The position numbers and the translations under genes are program-made. A stretch of DNA of 64,000 nucleotides, taken from assembly GCA_023300235.1 (NCBI GenBank), contig JALZWN010000034.1:33514-97513 (forward strand), read 5' to 3'. The notes under the pieces are model-generated. The model did not search any database, had not been told where the DNA came from, and worked only from the letters and a program-made list of their open reading frames with translations. Source of the stretch: Mariniblastus sp. GTDB taxonomy: Bacteria; Planctomycetota; Planctomycetia; Pirellulales; Pirellulaceae. Shown piece by piece: positions 26,708-36,107 of this stretch. How positions within the stretch are numbered: the stretch's first letter is position 1; every line of letters starts with the position of its first letter.

Positions 26708-27625
26708 ATGAAAATCTTCGTTACTGGTTCAACCGGTCTTATCGGCGGCGAGCTGGTAAAGCAGCTGTTGGCCGATGGCCACGAGCTTCGGCTTTGGCAT
26801 CGCTCCTGTTCAGCAACTGAATCTTTGGCGAAATTAAAAAAACAGTCCGGCGGTCAAATTGAATTGATCGAAGGGCAACTGGGAGAGGGCGGGGAAGCCG
26901 AAGCGATCGCCGACTGCGATGCGGTTATCCATGCGGCCCTCTGGCGATCAGGCCGGTCTTTCCAACAGCCTCCGCAGGACGTGCTGGAGTACCTACGCAT
27001 TAACTTGATGGGCTCGATTCGTTTGATCGAAGCTGCGATGCAGCAACAGGTTTCGCGGTTTGTTTTTCTTTCTACCTGCGCGGTGCATGACAAAATCTTA
27101 GTCGACCGACCGCTGGACGAGTCCCATCCACTGTGGGCGAAAACACACTACGGCGCTCACAAAGCCGCCATCGAAAAATTTGTACACAGCTACGGGCTTG
27201 GTAGCGGCTTCCCCATCTGTGCAATTCGCCCTTCGGGAGTCTTTGGTGTCAACTCACCGATCGAACATTCAAAATGGTTTGACTTGATCGCCGATGTAGT
27301 CGCTGGGAAATCAGTCCAGCCAATGGGCGGCGGAAAAGAGGTCCATGTCGCTGACGTGGCCAAAGCGATCCGACTACTGCTGGCCGCGCCGAAAGAATTA
27401 ATCGCCGGCCAAGCGTTTTCATGCTGCGACGCCTTTTACTCTCACCACGATGTTGCGACGACGGCCAAGCGGATTAGTTCGAGCACTGGTGACATCCAGG
27501 GGACTCAGAAATCTCCCAAACACCAAATCATCACTAAGAAAATTGAGAGTTTGGGAATGAAATTCAGTGGAATGCGAGCCTTTGAGCAAACCATTTACAA
27601 AATCTGCAACCACTTGATGCAATAA
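26708..27625 (+). CDS. NAD-dependent epimerase/dehydratase (extended SDR)
   Basis: 'MKIFVTGSTGLIGGELV' Rossmann motif; catalytic 'YGAHKAAIE'. Confidence 0.85.
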   Translation: MKIFVTGSTGLIGGELVKQLLADGHELRLWHRSCSATESLAKLKKQSGGQIELIEGQLGEGGEAEAIADCDAVIHAALWRSGRSFQQPPQDVLEYLRINLMGSIRLIEAAMQQQVSRFVFLSTCAVHDKILVDRPLDESHPLWAKTHYGAHKAAIEKFVHSYGLGSGFPICAIRPSGVFGVNSPIEHSKWFDLIADVVAGKSVQPMGGGKEVHVADVAKAIRLLLAAPKELIAGQAFSCCDAFYSHHDVATTAKRISSSTGDIQGTQKSPKHQIITKKIESLGMKFSGMRAFEQTIYKICNHLMQ

Positions 27626-27734
27626 TAACGCTCCCCCCACGAGCTCGACGACTGACTCGACTTTCCAAAAACAGCTCGAATCATTCTATTGGTCATCTTG
27701 GCGACCTAGCATTACTCGGCCCTATCGATTGACT

Positions 27735-30530
27735 ATGAAATCTCCAGAAGAAAACAAGCCGCCTCGCGGCATGACTCTTGAAGCGACTTTCGGTGACGGC
27801 AACCGCCCCACTCCCGCCAGTCGCTCGAACGACCGCAACGGAGACCAAGGCAGTTCCAGCCTCTCGGAATACGTGGCATGGCCTGGCCGAATTTGCTTAC
27901 TTCTGGCGGTGGTAATTTCGCCTTGGTTTTTTGCCAGTGTCAACTTCGCGCCGCAGCGTGGGATCGCAATTTTGTTGCTGGTCGGACTTGGATTTTGGTG
28001 GTTCGAAACCTCCATGAACACGGACCGCAAACAAGTCCTTCCATTGCTGTTCTTTCCACTGACGTTAGGAATTTTGCTTGGGCTATTCCAACTGATGCCG
28101 CTACCTGAATTTGCCAGTAGTTTACTGGGGCGCCAGGTGGAGATCCAACAACAGCTCGCCGGCACCGAATCGACCAGCACGTCGATTTCGGTCGACCCCG
28201 ACGGCACATGGCATCACCTACGCTTACTCGTGATCGCGTTGGCAGCATTGCTGTTGGGCGCCCGCTACTTTCGCACAAAACAACAAATGACGATCTTGCT
28301 GACCACCATGACTGCCAACGGTTGTGCGATTTCGTTTTTTGGGATCATTCACAAATTCACGACAGACCCTGAAAACCCGTTAATGTTTTGGTTTCACAAA
28401 GTCTCATTAGGCGGAACTCACTTTGGGCCGTTTGTGAATCGCAACAACGCATGCGGCTACTTACTAATATGCCTAGCCGCGGCGATCGGACTACTACCGA
28501 TCTTGCTTGGACAAACCGAGCGATCTGGGCCGCGAACGATCCTCAGCAAAGAAATGCCGATTTGGCGTCAAATGCTAATTCATATCGTCGAGTTCTTTGC
28601 TGACTTGAATGCGAAAAAGATCGCGGTCCTACTCGCGATTGTCCTGATTGGCACGGGGATCATTGTTTCACTTTCTCGTGGCGGAACAGCGGCGATGCTG
28701 TTCGGCGGGCTCGTCTCCCTAGTGGCCTACGGAATGGCTCGCCAACCCAAGAACTCAATGTTTGTATTGATCCCTGGCCTTCTGGTCGTGGGCTTATTAA
28801 TTGCCTTTGTGACAGTCGGCATCGACCTAGTCGATCGCTTCGAACAAGTGAACACCGTCGACATCGAAAGCGACCTACGCTTCACTCAATGGAAGGCAAC
28901 TTGGCCAGCGACCAAAGAATTTGGCCTTTTGGGTTCGGGACTAGGAACCTACCAAGGCGTCCACCGAAGTTACTCAACCATTCCTGAACTGGTGGTGTTT
29001 TTCCACGCCGAAAACCAATACTTCCAAGGGCTAGTAGAAGCCGGATGGCTTGGCCTAATCGTCTACTTGTCGGCGTGGCTGCTTTCCTGGCTATCGGCTC
29101 AATTATTACTCAACCGTGGCCAGTCGCCGACTTCGATTGGCGTAGGGCTAATGGGAGTGTTTTTAATTTCCTCACAAGCAATCGCTTCGTTTTTCGATTT
29201 TGGTTTTTACATCCCAGCCAACACGCTCGGCCTCGCAATGATGCTTGGCTTCCTCGGCTACCACGCTCAAGCCCTTGGCGGTCGCCTTAAGAAGGGTTCT
29301 TGGATACGCCTTCAAGTCCCGAACGTGGCAATCAGCACGATCGTCTTACTGTTGTTCGGAGCCACCAGTTTGGCCGCCTACGGCATGCATCAACGAGCCT
29401 CCATTCAAAAACACTCGAGGCCCCGTATAGCGCAACTGAACCGCGACAACATGACTCTCGTGCAGACCAAAGAACGGCTCGACAAACTCCTGCCATTGGT
29501 CAAAAGCTGCCCGACCCCCGACGGCCTGAACTACGCAGCTGGCCTGCTTGTTCACCACTGCCGCCTGCAACTTTTTGACACCCTGTACGACGAAACCAAA
29601 ATCGACCGCGGGCTTGCCTTGAAAAGTGCCCCGGAAGAGAAAGCACAGGAAAAATCACTCATTGCCGAAAACCTCTGGAACGCAACCCAACTGATGCAAC
29701 TGCAGGAACACGTCAACTTTCTTAGTTCCGATTCAAAGCTCGAACTTAGCAAGTTCAAGGTACAACCTAGCATCCAACAAAACTTGCCACTGGCCAAGCA
29801 ACTGCTAACGTACAGTCGAAAAATTTCACCGTTGCAACCAGTGGTGCACCTGCGATTAATGCAAATCAACTCGATCATTGGCGACCAAGAGGAATCAGAT
29901 GCTTGTATCAAGCGGGCCATAGCAATCACTCCGATGAGCCCCAAGTATCGAAACTTTGCTGGCATCTACTACCTGCAATCCAACCGTCCCAAACTTGCCG
30001 CCGAACAATTTAGACACGAACTGGAACAACAGCCGAACCACTTCAACAAAATAATGGCGATTGCCACAGGAAGTTCTAACCGGTCAAGCCAGCCGATCAG
30101 CGCAGAGGTCATCGGCAATACGATGCTACCGGACGACCCTGCGATGCTATTTAAATACGCCACTAGATTCCAGATCGTTAGCGAAGAACAAAAACGTAAC
30201 ACGCTAGAAAGAGCAGCTACGCTTTTGGACGACCTGAAACTCCGCGACGAAAAAGAAAACAAGCTGCTGGGAGATATTCGCAGCCTCCAAGGTGAACCGG
30301 AAAAGGCCATCGCCGCTTACAACAAATACCTAATACTCTTTCCGCATGACGCGAATTACTTGAATAAGCGATCCAAGCTCTTGGAAGAAATCGGCGACTA
30401 CAAACTTGCCCTCGAGGACGTCAATGACCTCGCCGATCGAGCAACTGACCCACAAAAATTCCGTGAACGGGCGAGAGAGCTACGATACAAACTATCCGAG
30501 GAATTGGAAAACAATCGGAACAATCGGTAG
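27735..30530 (+). CDS. O-antigen ligase (Wzy_C) family membrane protein fused to C-terminal TPR repeats
   Basis: 'SLSRGGTAAMLFGGL', 'HAENQYFQGLVEAGWLGL', at least 10 TM helices, TPR-like C-terminal third. The ORF opens with TTG at 27729; the first ATG is at 27735. Confidence 0.8.
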   Translation: MKSPEENKPPRGMTLEATFGDGNRPTPASRSNDRNGDQGSSSLSEYVAWPGRICLLLAVVISPWFFASVNFAPQRGIAILLLVGLGFWWFETSMNTDRKQVLPLLFFPLTLGILLGLFQLMPLPEFASSLLGRQVEIQQQLAGTESTSTSISVDPDGTWHHLRLLVIALAALLLGARYFRTKQQMTILLTTMTANGCAISFFGIIHKFTTDPENPLMFWFHKVSLGGTHFGPFVNRNNACGYLLICLAAAIGLLPILLGQTERSGPRTILSKEMPIWRQMLIHIVEFFADLNAKKIAVLLAIVLIGTGIIVSLSRGGTAAMLFGGLVSLVAYGMARQPKNSMFVLIPGLLVVGLLIAFVTVGIDLVDRFEQVNTVDIESDLRFTQWKATWPATKEFGLLGSGLGTYQGVHRSYSTIPELVVFFHAENQYFQGLVEAGWLGLIVYLSAWLLSWLSAQLLLNRGQSPTSIGVGLMGVFLISSQAIASFFDFGFYIPANTLGLAMMLGFLGYHAQALGGRLKKGSWIRLQVPNVAISTIVLLLFGATSLAAYGMHQRASIQKHSRPRIAQLNRDNMTLVQTKERLDKLLPLVKSCPTPDGLNYAAGLLVHHCRLQLFDTLYDETKIDRGLALKSAPEEKAQEKSLIAENLWNATQLMQLQEHVNFLSSDSKLELSKFKVQPSIQQNLPLAKQLLTYSRKISPLQPVVHLRLMQINSIIGDQEESDACIKRAIAITPMSPKYRNFAGIYYLQSNRPKLAAEQFRHELEQQPNHFNKIMAIATGSSNRSSQPISAEVIGNTMLPDDPAMLFKYATRFQIVSEEQKRNTLERAATLLDDLKLRDEKENKLLGDIRSLQGEPEKAIAAYNKYLILFPHDANYLNKRSKLLEEIGDYKLALEDVNDLADRATDPQKFRERARELRYKLSEELENNRNNR

Positions 30531-30820
30531 TAGCGGCCATTTGCAAACAAGCTCGGCTCAAATGAGCCCTAGCCCAACGTCCGCCCAATTCCGGTTTCAA
30601 ACACCTGCAAAATTCCACCAGCTATAAATCCAATGCTGTAAGTGACAAATCACGTCAACTTATGCATGTAATTACCCCAAAAAAAGCAACTCAATTTGAT
30701 CCGATTCCCGATATAGTATCATAGTAACGGCGGGTGGTTTGGCTATTTAGTTTGGTTAAGGTAAACTGGTCGCTTGGGCTGAATCGGCCATTTGAATTCA
30801 CATACCTTTGACAGCCAACC

Positions 30821-32461
30821 ATGATCGCAGTCATAATTGCTTTTTTTGCATCGCTGATCACCGCAATGATTGCGGTGCCGATCTGCGCAATGGTTGGTAG
30901 AGCGATTGGTCTGGTCGACGTTCCAGACAATAAGCGAAAGCTTCACAAGGACGCCATTCCACTGATTGGTGGCGTCGCCATTTTCGCCTCGATGCTAATC
31001 GCAATACCATTCACCACTTGGTTGACGGTAAATTTCCAAGAGCTATTTCTAAGCTGGAGTCGTCCAGTTTATTCGTCGCTCTTCAGCGATGCGCAGCAAC
31101 TTGTCGTGTCAGTCCGCCCCTCAGATAAATGGGAACTGCTGGGACTAGTAATTGGGGCAAGCATCATCCTGGCAATCGGTGTACTGGATGATCGGTTTGC
31201 AATTCGTGGCCGTCAAAAACTGCTGGGGCAATTCATAGCCGCCACTGTGCTGATCATCTTTGGCTATCACTTTGATGAAGTCACCTTCGCCGGTTTCACG
31301 ATCAAATTCGACGTTTTCTCGATCATATTTATTTATGGTTGGGTTTTAGCTGCCGTCAACTCGGTCAACCTTCTCGACGGCGCCGACGGAATTGCCGGCA
31401 CGATTGGGGTCGTAATGAGCATTGCTCTAGGAATCATGGCATTGTGGCTTGGCCATGCTCTAAACGCGATGATTTTGTTCGGCTTTGCCGGAGCACTACT
31501 TGGCTTTTTGAAATTCAACTTCCCGCCCGCCAAAGTATATCTTGGCGATGCAGGTAGCATGCTGATTGGCTTTGTGCTTGCAGCGATGGCTATTCGCAGC
31601 ATGTCCAAACAAACCTCTGCCTTCGCTTTCTTCGCACCGCTCGCTTTGCTATCGATTCCTTTTATCGACACATCGGCGGCCATTATCCGCAGACGGCTTA
31701 CCGGACGAAGCATCTTTGAAGTTGACCGAGGCCACCTGCACCATTCGTTAATGAAACGTGGCTTCAGCCCCAGAGCCAGCATCCTCTGGGTCGTGGCGCT
31801 TTCTTTGACAACTGCCACCGGCGGCGTCTTAAGCCTGATCAATCGGCAGAGCGTGTACGCTTTGGTTTCGATCGGTGTTGTGATCTTCGTGATGATGGCC
31901 AATCGCATCTTTGGCAATGCCGAGTTCAAGCTCGTTAGCCGCAAAGCCGCCGGACTTGCCCAGGCCTTGATGAACCGTGACTCAAAGGCAGATTCGAGCA
32001 ACGTTCGGCAGAGCGTCGTGCACGTACAAGGCAGTCGCAACTGGGATAAAGTTTGGCAGCAACTCTCCGACTTTGCTGACGCCAGCGGACTCTTAGAACT
32101 CACACTTGACCTCAACGCACCGTGGATCCACGAGTCATTCCACGCCACGCGACGAAGACGAGACATCGCGTCCGGCGGTAACCATGAATGGTACGCCCAA
32201 CTCCCACTGATCGCAGGAGATCGACTGTATGGCCGCGTCGAAATCATTGGGTCCGGAGAAGAACAACTCACCCATCATGAAATCCTAGAGAAACTCTCGA
32301 CGGCCGCTAAAAGAATCGAAGCGGAACTGCTCGCAGAAGACAAACCGGCGGCGGGCCAGCTTGCGTCTCAGGTTGGCGAAAAACCAAAATGCCTAGCCAC
32401 AATCTCGGCCACTGACTCCCCCCTCACCAACTCACACAACGAGCCTGCAAAAACCGATTAG
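30821..32461 (+). CDS. Polyprenyl-phosphate sugar-1-phosphate transferase (MraY/WecA GT4 family) with ~190-aa C-terminal extension
   Basis: 'DVPDNKRKLHKDAIPLIGGVAIF', 'NSVNLLDGADGIAG', 'FNFPPAKVYLGDAGSMLIGF'. Confidence 0.85.
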   Translation: MIAVIIAFFASLITAMIAVPICAMVGRAIGLVDVPDNKRKLHKDAIPLIGGVAIFASMLIAIPFTTWLTVNFQELFLSWSRPVYSSLFSDAQQLVVSVRPSDKWELLGLVIGASIILAIGVLDDRFAIRGRQKLLGQFIAATVLIIFGYHFDEVTFAGFTIKFDVFSIIFIYGWVLAAVNSVNLLDGADGIAGTIGVVMSIALGIMALWLGHALNAMILFGFAGALLGFLKFNFPPAKVYLGDAGSMLIGFVLAAMAIRSMSKQTSAFAFFAPLALLSIPFIDTSAAIIRRRLTGRSIFEVDRGHLHHSLMKRGFSPRASILWVVALSLTTATGGVLSLINRQSVYALVSIGVVIFVMMANRIFGNAEFKLVSRKAAGLAQALMNRDSKADSSNVRQSVVHVQGSRNWDKVWQQLSDFADASGLLELTLDLNAPWIHESFHATRRRRDIASGGNHEWYAQLPLIAGDRLYGRVEIIGSGEEQLTHHEILEKLSTAAKRIEAELLAEDKPAAGQLASQVGEKPKCLATISATDSPLTNSHNEPAKTD

Positions 32462-32640
32462 TCTACGCGTGTTCAATTTGTAACTGAGTCATTTGAGCTG
32501 CCAAAGGTAAAATCCCCTACCTAATCCCCGTCAGATCAATACCTTCGAAATATCTTGCTGTTTTTTGGCTCTTCAACGACCAAACAGCAGCTATAAACCT
32601 AAAACAAGCAACATTACTTGATATCAAGGAGCCTTTAAAA

Positions 32641-33099
32641 GTGATTCGCCCAACACATATCGTAGCAGGCCTTCTTTTGGCCACATTCGCCTTCGTTACA
32701 CCGTCTGCCGAAGCCCATTCAGCATTCAAAAAATACATGTCAACGAAGATGCCGAACAAAAAGTTCACGTGCAACGTCTGCCACAAGGCCGGCGAAAACA
32801 AAACTACCAGAAATTCGTACGGCCAACTGTTCACCAAAGTAATGAACAAGCCAAACCTGACAAAAGACTGGAAATCGAAGAAAGGCGATGCCAAAAAGAC
32901 CTACGAAAAAGACGTCATGGTCGCTGAATTCGGCAAAGCCTACGAGAAAATCAGTAAAATGACATTCGCTGACCTGATCAAAAACGACATGATCGATGGC
33001 GTGAAATCCTCAACACCACCCGAAAAAAGCGACGAAGAACCCAAAAAAGAAACCAGCTTTGCCAAGCCACCAGAAGGCGATGCCAAATTAGAATCGTAA
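32641..33099 (+). CDS. Small secreted protein with a single CxxCH haem-c motif and K/E-rich tail
   Basis: GTG start 11 nt after an AGGAG Shine-Dalgarno sequence. Signal peptide ending 'PSAEA'. Motif 'CNVCH'. Confidence 0.55.
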   Translation: MIRPTHIVAGLLLATFAFVTPSAEAHSAFKKYMSTKMPNKKFTCNVCHKAGENKTTRNSYGQLFTKVMNKPNLTKDWKSKKGDAKKTYEKDVMVAEFGKAYEKISKMTFADLIKNDMIDGVKSSTPPEKSDEEPKKETSFAKPPEGDAKLES

Positions 33100-33129
33100 A
33101 AAAGTAATGTAACTGGGCGACAATGCCGA

Positions 33130-33157
33130 TTGACATTTCAGTCGGTAGACTAATAAT
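33130..33157 (+). promoter_or_regulatory. Sigma-70-like promoter for tRNA-Val
   Basis: TTGACA, 16 nt, AATAAT. It ends 10 nt before the tRNA 5' end. Confidence 0.45.
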
Positions 33158-33167
33158 CATCCGCTCA

Positions 33168-33241
33168 GGGCGTTTAGCTCAGTTGGCTAGAGCATCTCGT
33201 TTACACCGAGAGGGTCGGGGGTTCGAGTCCCTCAACGCCCA
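33168..33241 (+). tRNA. tRNA-Val (anticodon UAC)
   Basis: Acceptor GGGCGTT/AACGCCC, D-arm GCTC/GAGC, anticodon stem TCTCG/CGAGA with loop TTTACAC, T-arm GGGGG-TTCGAGT-CCCTC. Confidence 0.9.
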
Positions 33242-33247
33242 CTATTA

Positions 33248-33288
33248 AAGCACCAGCAGACCTTAACAGGCTTGCTGGTGCTTTTTTC
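33248..33288 (+). terminator. Rho-independent terminator after tRNA-Val
   Basis: AAGCACCAGCA / TGCTGGTGCTT stem followed by T6. Confidence 0.75.
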
Positions 33289-33320
33289 GTAGGGTTTCCG
33301 GCACCCCCGTTCTCCCTTAG

Positions 33321-33377
33321 TCGCGTCGGATTTGGCGTCATCGGCGTTTATAGCGTCGGATTTGGCGTCGGATTTAG
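33321..33377. repeat. Cluster of direct repeats GCGTCGGATTTGGCGTC (2 full + 1 partial)
   Basis: Copies at 33323-33339 and 33353-33369, with a partial copy at 33367-33375. Confidence 0.8.
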
Positions 33378-33772
33378 AAGCCTGATTTCCGCTGTCTGCG
33401 AAGTCTGACTTGCGCACTAAAGCGTAGTTCTTCATTGCCGTTGCCGGGCTGTTCCCCGTCCACTGGCCAACCGCAGCCCGTGCGAGTCCATCAGGTCAGT
33501 TTCGGCTGACGCTCTTTCCGATTCACGAGCCACCCCAGATGACCAAGGGAACAGACAACCTAACCAAATTCTTTTGCAACTCCTCGGCTTCGAGGACTGT
33601 AGGGGCGGTGTGCCAGTTCCAATATCTGTCAGCAGCCCTTCACTCAATCAACGGCGGTTTCGCGGTTGTGCTGGCGCTGACGAGGCACGGCGGTCAGTTC
33701 TTCAATCAACCATTGTTGCCCTGATTCAGTCAGTGACCCAAACAGTGTCAGCAATCTCTGTTCGGTGGTCCA

Positions 33773-33805
33773 TCGCGTCGAATTTAGCGTCATCGGCATT
33801 GATAG
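33773..33805. repeat. Diverged 33-nt copy (29/33 identical) of 33321-33353
   Basis: TCGCGTCGAATTTAGCGTCATCGGCATTGATAG compared with TCGCGTCGGATTTGGCGTCATCGGCGTTTATAG. Confidence 0.75.
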
Positions 33806-33951
33806 AATTACAACTGGCCTGAATTTAACGATTAAACCCGTCCAGTTCCATGACCACGTCGGCTGTGGACGATCAAAGTAAACACAACCGGATTACAATA
33901 CCTGAACACCAGACGCATCGTACTTCTTTCCGTATCTATCGCAGGCATAAC

Positions 33952-34962
33952 ATGGATCAATTGATTCGCTTTCGCTGTGAATGTGGCAAAAAACTGAAAG
34001 CCACTCGCGATATCATCGGCAAAAAAGTGCGCTGCACAAAGTGCGTACGCACTCACCTCGTTCCTGAGTCCGATCGACTCACACCAAAAAAAACGGAACC
34101 CGCCAGCAAGCGACCGAAGAACGCTTCCAAAGAACGCGCCCCTCTAAAACCTGAATCGAAGCAACAAGACCTAGCCGCTACAAAACCGAAAAAAACAACC
34201 AACGTGCCCCCCACAACCAATGCGGGCACCCAAACGGCAACCACTTCAAAATCAAACTCGCGTAAACTAAAGTCAAACCTTACCGCGACGAAGGAAGCAA
34301 GCCTGATCATTGCCGACGAAATGGCTGCCAACGAACCGTCGCTGCTCCCCACCAGCGATGATAGCAACTCGCGTTTCAAGCTCGATCCAAAACTTGATCC
34401 CGAGCCATCTGACAACCCGCTCGACCCCGCAAGCAATTTTGAATTTGATTTTGATGCTCCGGACATCGACACGCCAAACGCCAATTCCGAGTCGACCCCA
34501 TCCCTTCAACGACCAAGCTACCAACGAGCCAACAGAAGATCGAAGCTTACGCTTGCCATCGTCGCGGCATCGACAGCCTTGCTGCTACTAACGGCTTTCG
34601 CTTGGCTCGCATTCGGTGAATTAGGTTGCCTACAAGAGTTTCCCAACCGCCCCGAAGTTCAGAACTACGTGAACAAAATCGAGGAGTTTCGCAAGTCTCA
34701 ACGCACACTAAAAAGGGTGAGCGAAGCCTACGTAACCTCGAAATCGCCGACCGCACAGGAACGGGCACAAATCGAAGCCTTCAATCGTTCGATCGAACCA
34801 CTGGCCAACGAAGAAATCAAATTGGCTGAAGCACTCGATCTTTTCCAAGCCTCCGAGCACGAAAAGGCTCGCACTGCGTTAATCACCGCGACTCAAACGC
34901 TCGAACAAAAAATCTCCGAGCTACAGACCAAAGCCAAAGACTTCTCTGCCAAACTCCGCTAA
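33952..34962 (+). CDS. Hypothetical protein with N-terminal zinc-ribbon motif, disordered linker and one TM helix
   Basis: 'FRCECGKKLKATRDIIGKKVRCTKCV'; TM helix 'LTLAIVAASTALLLLTAFAWLAFG'. The ORF opens at 33850; I chose the ATG at 33952. Confidence 0.6.
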   Translation: MDQLIRFRCECGKKLKATRDIIGKKVRCTKCVRTHLVPESDRLTPKKTEPASKRPKNASKERAPLKPESKQQDLAATKPKKTTNVPPTTNAGTQTATTSKSNSRKLKSNLTATKEASLIIADEMAANEPSLLPTSDDSNSRFKLDPKLDPEPSDNPLDPASNFEFDFDAPDIDTPNANSESTPSLQRPSYQRANRRSKLTLAIVAASTALLLLTAFAWLAFGELGCLQEFPNRPEVQNYVNKIEEFRKSQRTLKRVSEAYVTSKSPTAQERAQIEAFNRSIEPLANEEIKLAEALDLFQASEHEKARTALITATQTLEQKISELQTKAKDFSAKLR

Positions 34963-35197
34963 CAAAATCTGCAGTTGCGATTTTTTTCGGCCTCCCCATC
35001 GATAAGCCGACCCCCACTGTAAACGTTCACGACGTGTCTTCTGCCCGCCTCGCCTGAGTGCAATCTCCCACTGGCAACCTGCGGGCAACCAATAGCCAAC
35101 GCTGAAGCAATTACAGCTATCTTGATACACCGGACTCGATAAGATAACGTGATTCATCTTATTAGAAACCTAACGATCCGATTTTGGAGAGATCATC

Positions 35198-35737
35198 ATG
35201 CAAAAGTCAATCAAACACACGCTCGCTATCGCATTCTCAGCTGCGATCATTTTCCTTGCCGCCAACGTGTCGTCCGCAACCGAGCCAACACAACCAACCA
35301 CAGTGGCCCCGCCAGTCCCACACTGCCAAGTCCCTTGCGGTATCTACACTGATCAGCTTCGCTTCCAGCAAATGCTCGAAGACACTAAAACAATCGCCAA
35401 AGCGATCACCAGCGTCAAAACAATGACGCAAGAAATTAAAGACGGTCAAATATCACCAACCAGCGTCAACCAAATGACCCGCTGGATTAACACCAAAGAA
35501 GACCACGCCAGCCAAATCCAAAAAACCATCGCCGACTACTTCTTGACTCAGCGAATCAAAGAATCAAACAAAGATTACACCAGCCAACTGGTCACCGCTC
35601 ACAAAGTGATGGTCGCGGCAATGAAGTGCAAACAGGACGCTAAGCCAGAAACCGCTGAAACACTAAAGAAGGCGATTTTCGATCTCTACCGAGCCTACGA
35701 AGGCAAAGAGCCAAACTTCGAGCACACAGACAAATAA
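35198..35737 (+). CDS. sodN: Nickel superoxide dismutase with 41-residue presequence
   Basis: Nickel-hook motif 'HCQVPCGIY' starting at His42. The rest is the length of a four-helix-bundle domain. GGAGAG Shine-Dalgarno sequence upstream. Confidence 0.85.
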   Translation: MQKSIKHTLAIAFSAAIIFLAANVSSATEPTQPTTVAPPVPHCQVPCGIYTDQLRFQQMLEDTKTIAKAITSVKTMTQEIKDGQISPTSVNQMTRWINTKEDHASQIQKTIADYFLTQRIKESNKDYTSQLVTAHKVMVAAMKCKQDAKPETAETLKKAIFDLYRAYEGKEPNFEHTDK

Positions 35738-35908
35738 TGTTCGTCTCTTGCTCTTCTCAACTGGAAGCGATCTAAAAAAAGCTCTTCACTGAACTGAACG
35801 GCTGCTTTCACCTCAAGCTAACAAGGACGGCCCAACCGGGGCAAGCAACATTTGCAAATCTCACTCTACGTGTTTTTGCCACTAAAGTACCGGAAGCACC
35901 CAAAAACC

Positions 35909-35949
35909 AAACACGGCCAACTGCACTGCAAGTTGGCCGTGTTTTTTTG
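35909..35949 (+). terminator. Rho-independent terminator ~170 nt downstream of sodN
   Basis: AAACACGGCCAACT / AGTTGGCCGTGTTT 14-bp perfect stem followed by a T-run. Confidence 0.7.
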
Positions 35950-36107
35950 TGATTACGGCGTGCACGTTATGCGTTTAAAGCTGTTCCAGCAAGCCAACCG
36001 ACCGAAACACGATAAGCCGTCGATGCACCATTAAACGACGTGCTGGAAGGCGTCAGCGTCAATGCAAACATGAACGTCGCCGGCACCAACCATTCATTGG
36101 CATTCAG

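Noticed and set aside
31333-32271. 312-aa minus-strand ORF antisense to the WecA/MraY-like gene.
   Set aside because: The opposite strand carries unmistakable GT4 motifs. This ORF is S/A/R/P-rich, has no recognisable features, and is a shadow ORF.
33232-33647. Two small minus-strand ORFs (71 aa and 67 aa) joined by an ATGA overlap in the tract after tRNA-Val.
   Set aside because: The downstream ORF runs through the tRNA-Val terminator and into the tRNA gene itself. The upstream one uses TTG and has an odd W/C/R-rich composition. They are more likely chance ORFs or relics, and the repeats they contain are reported as a DNA-level finding.
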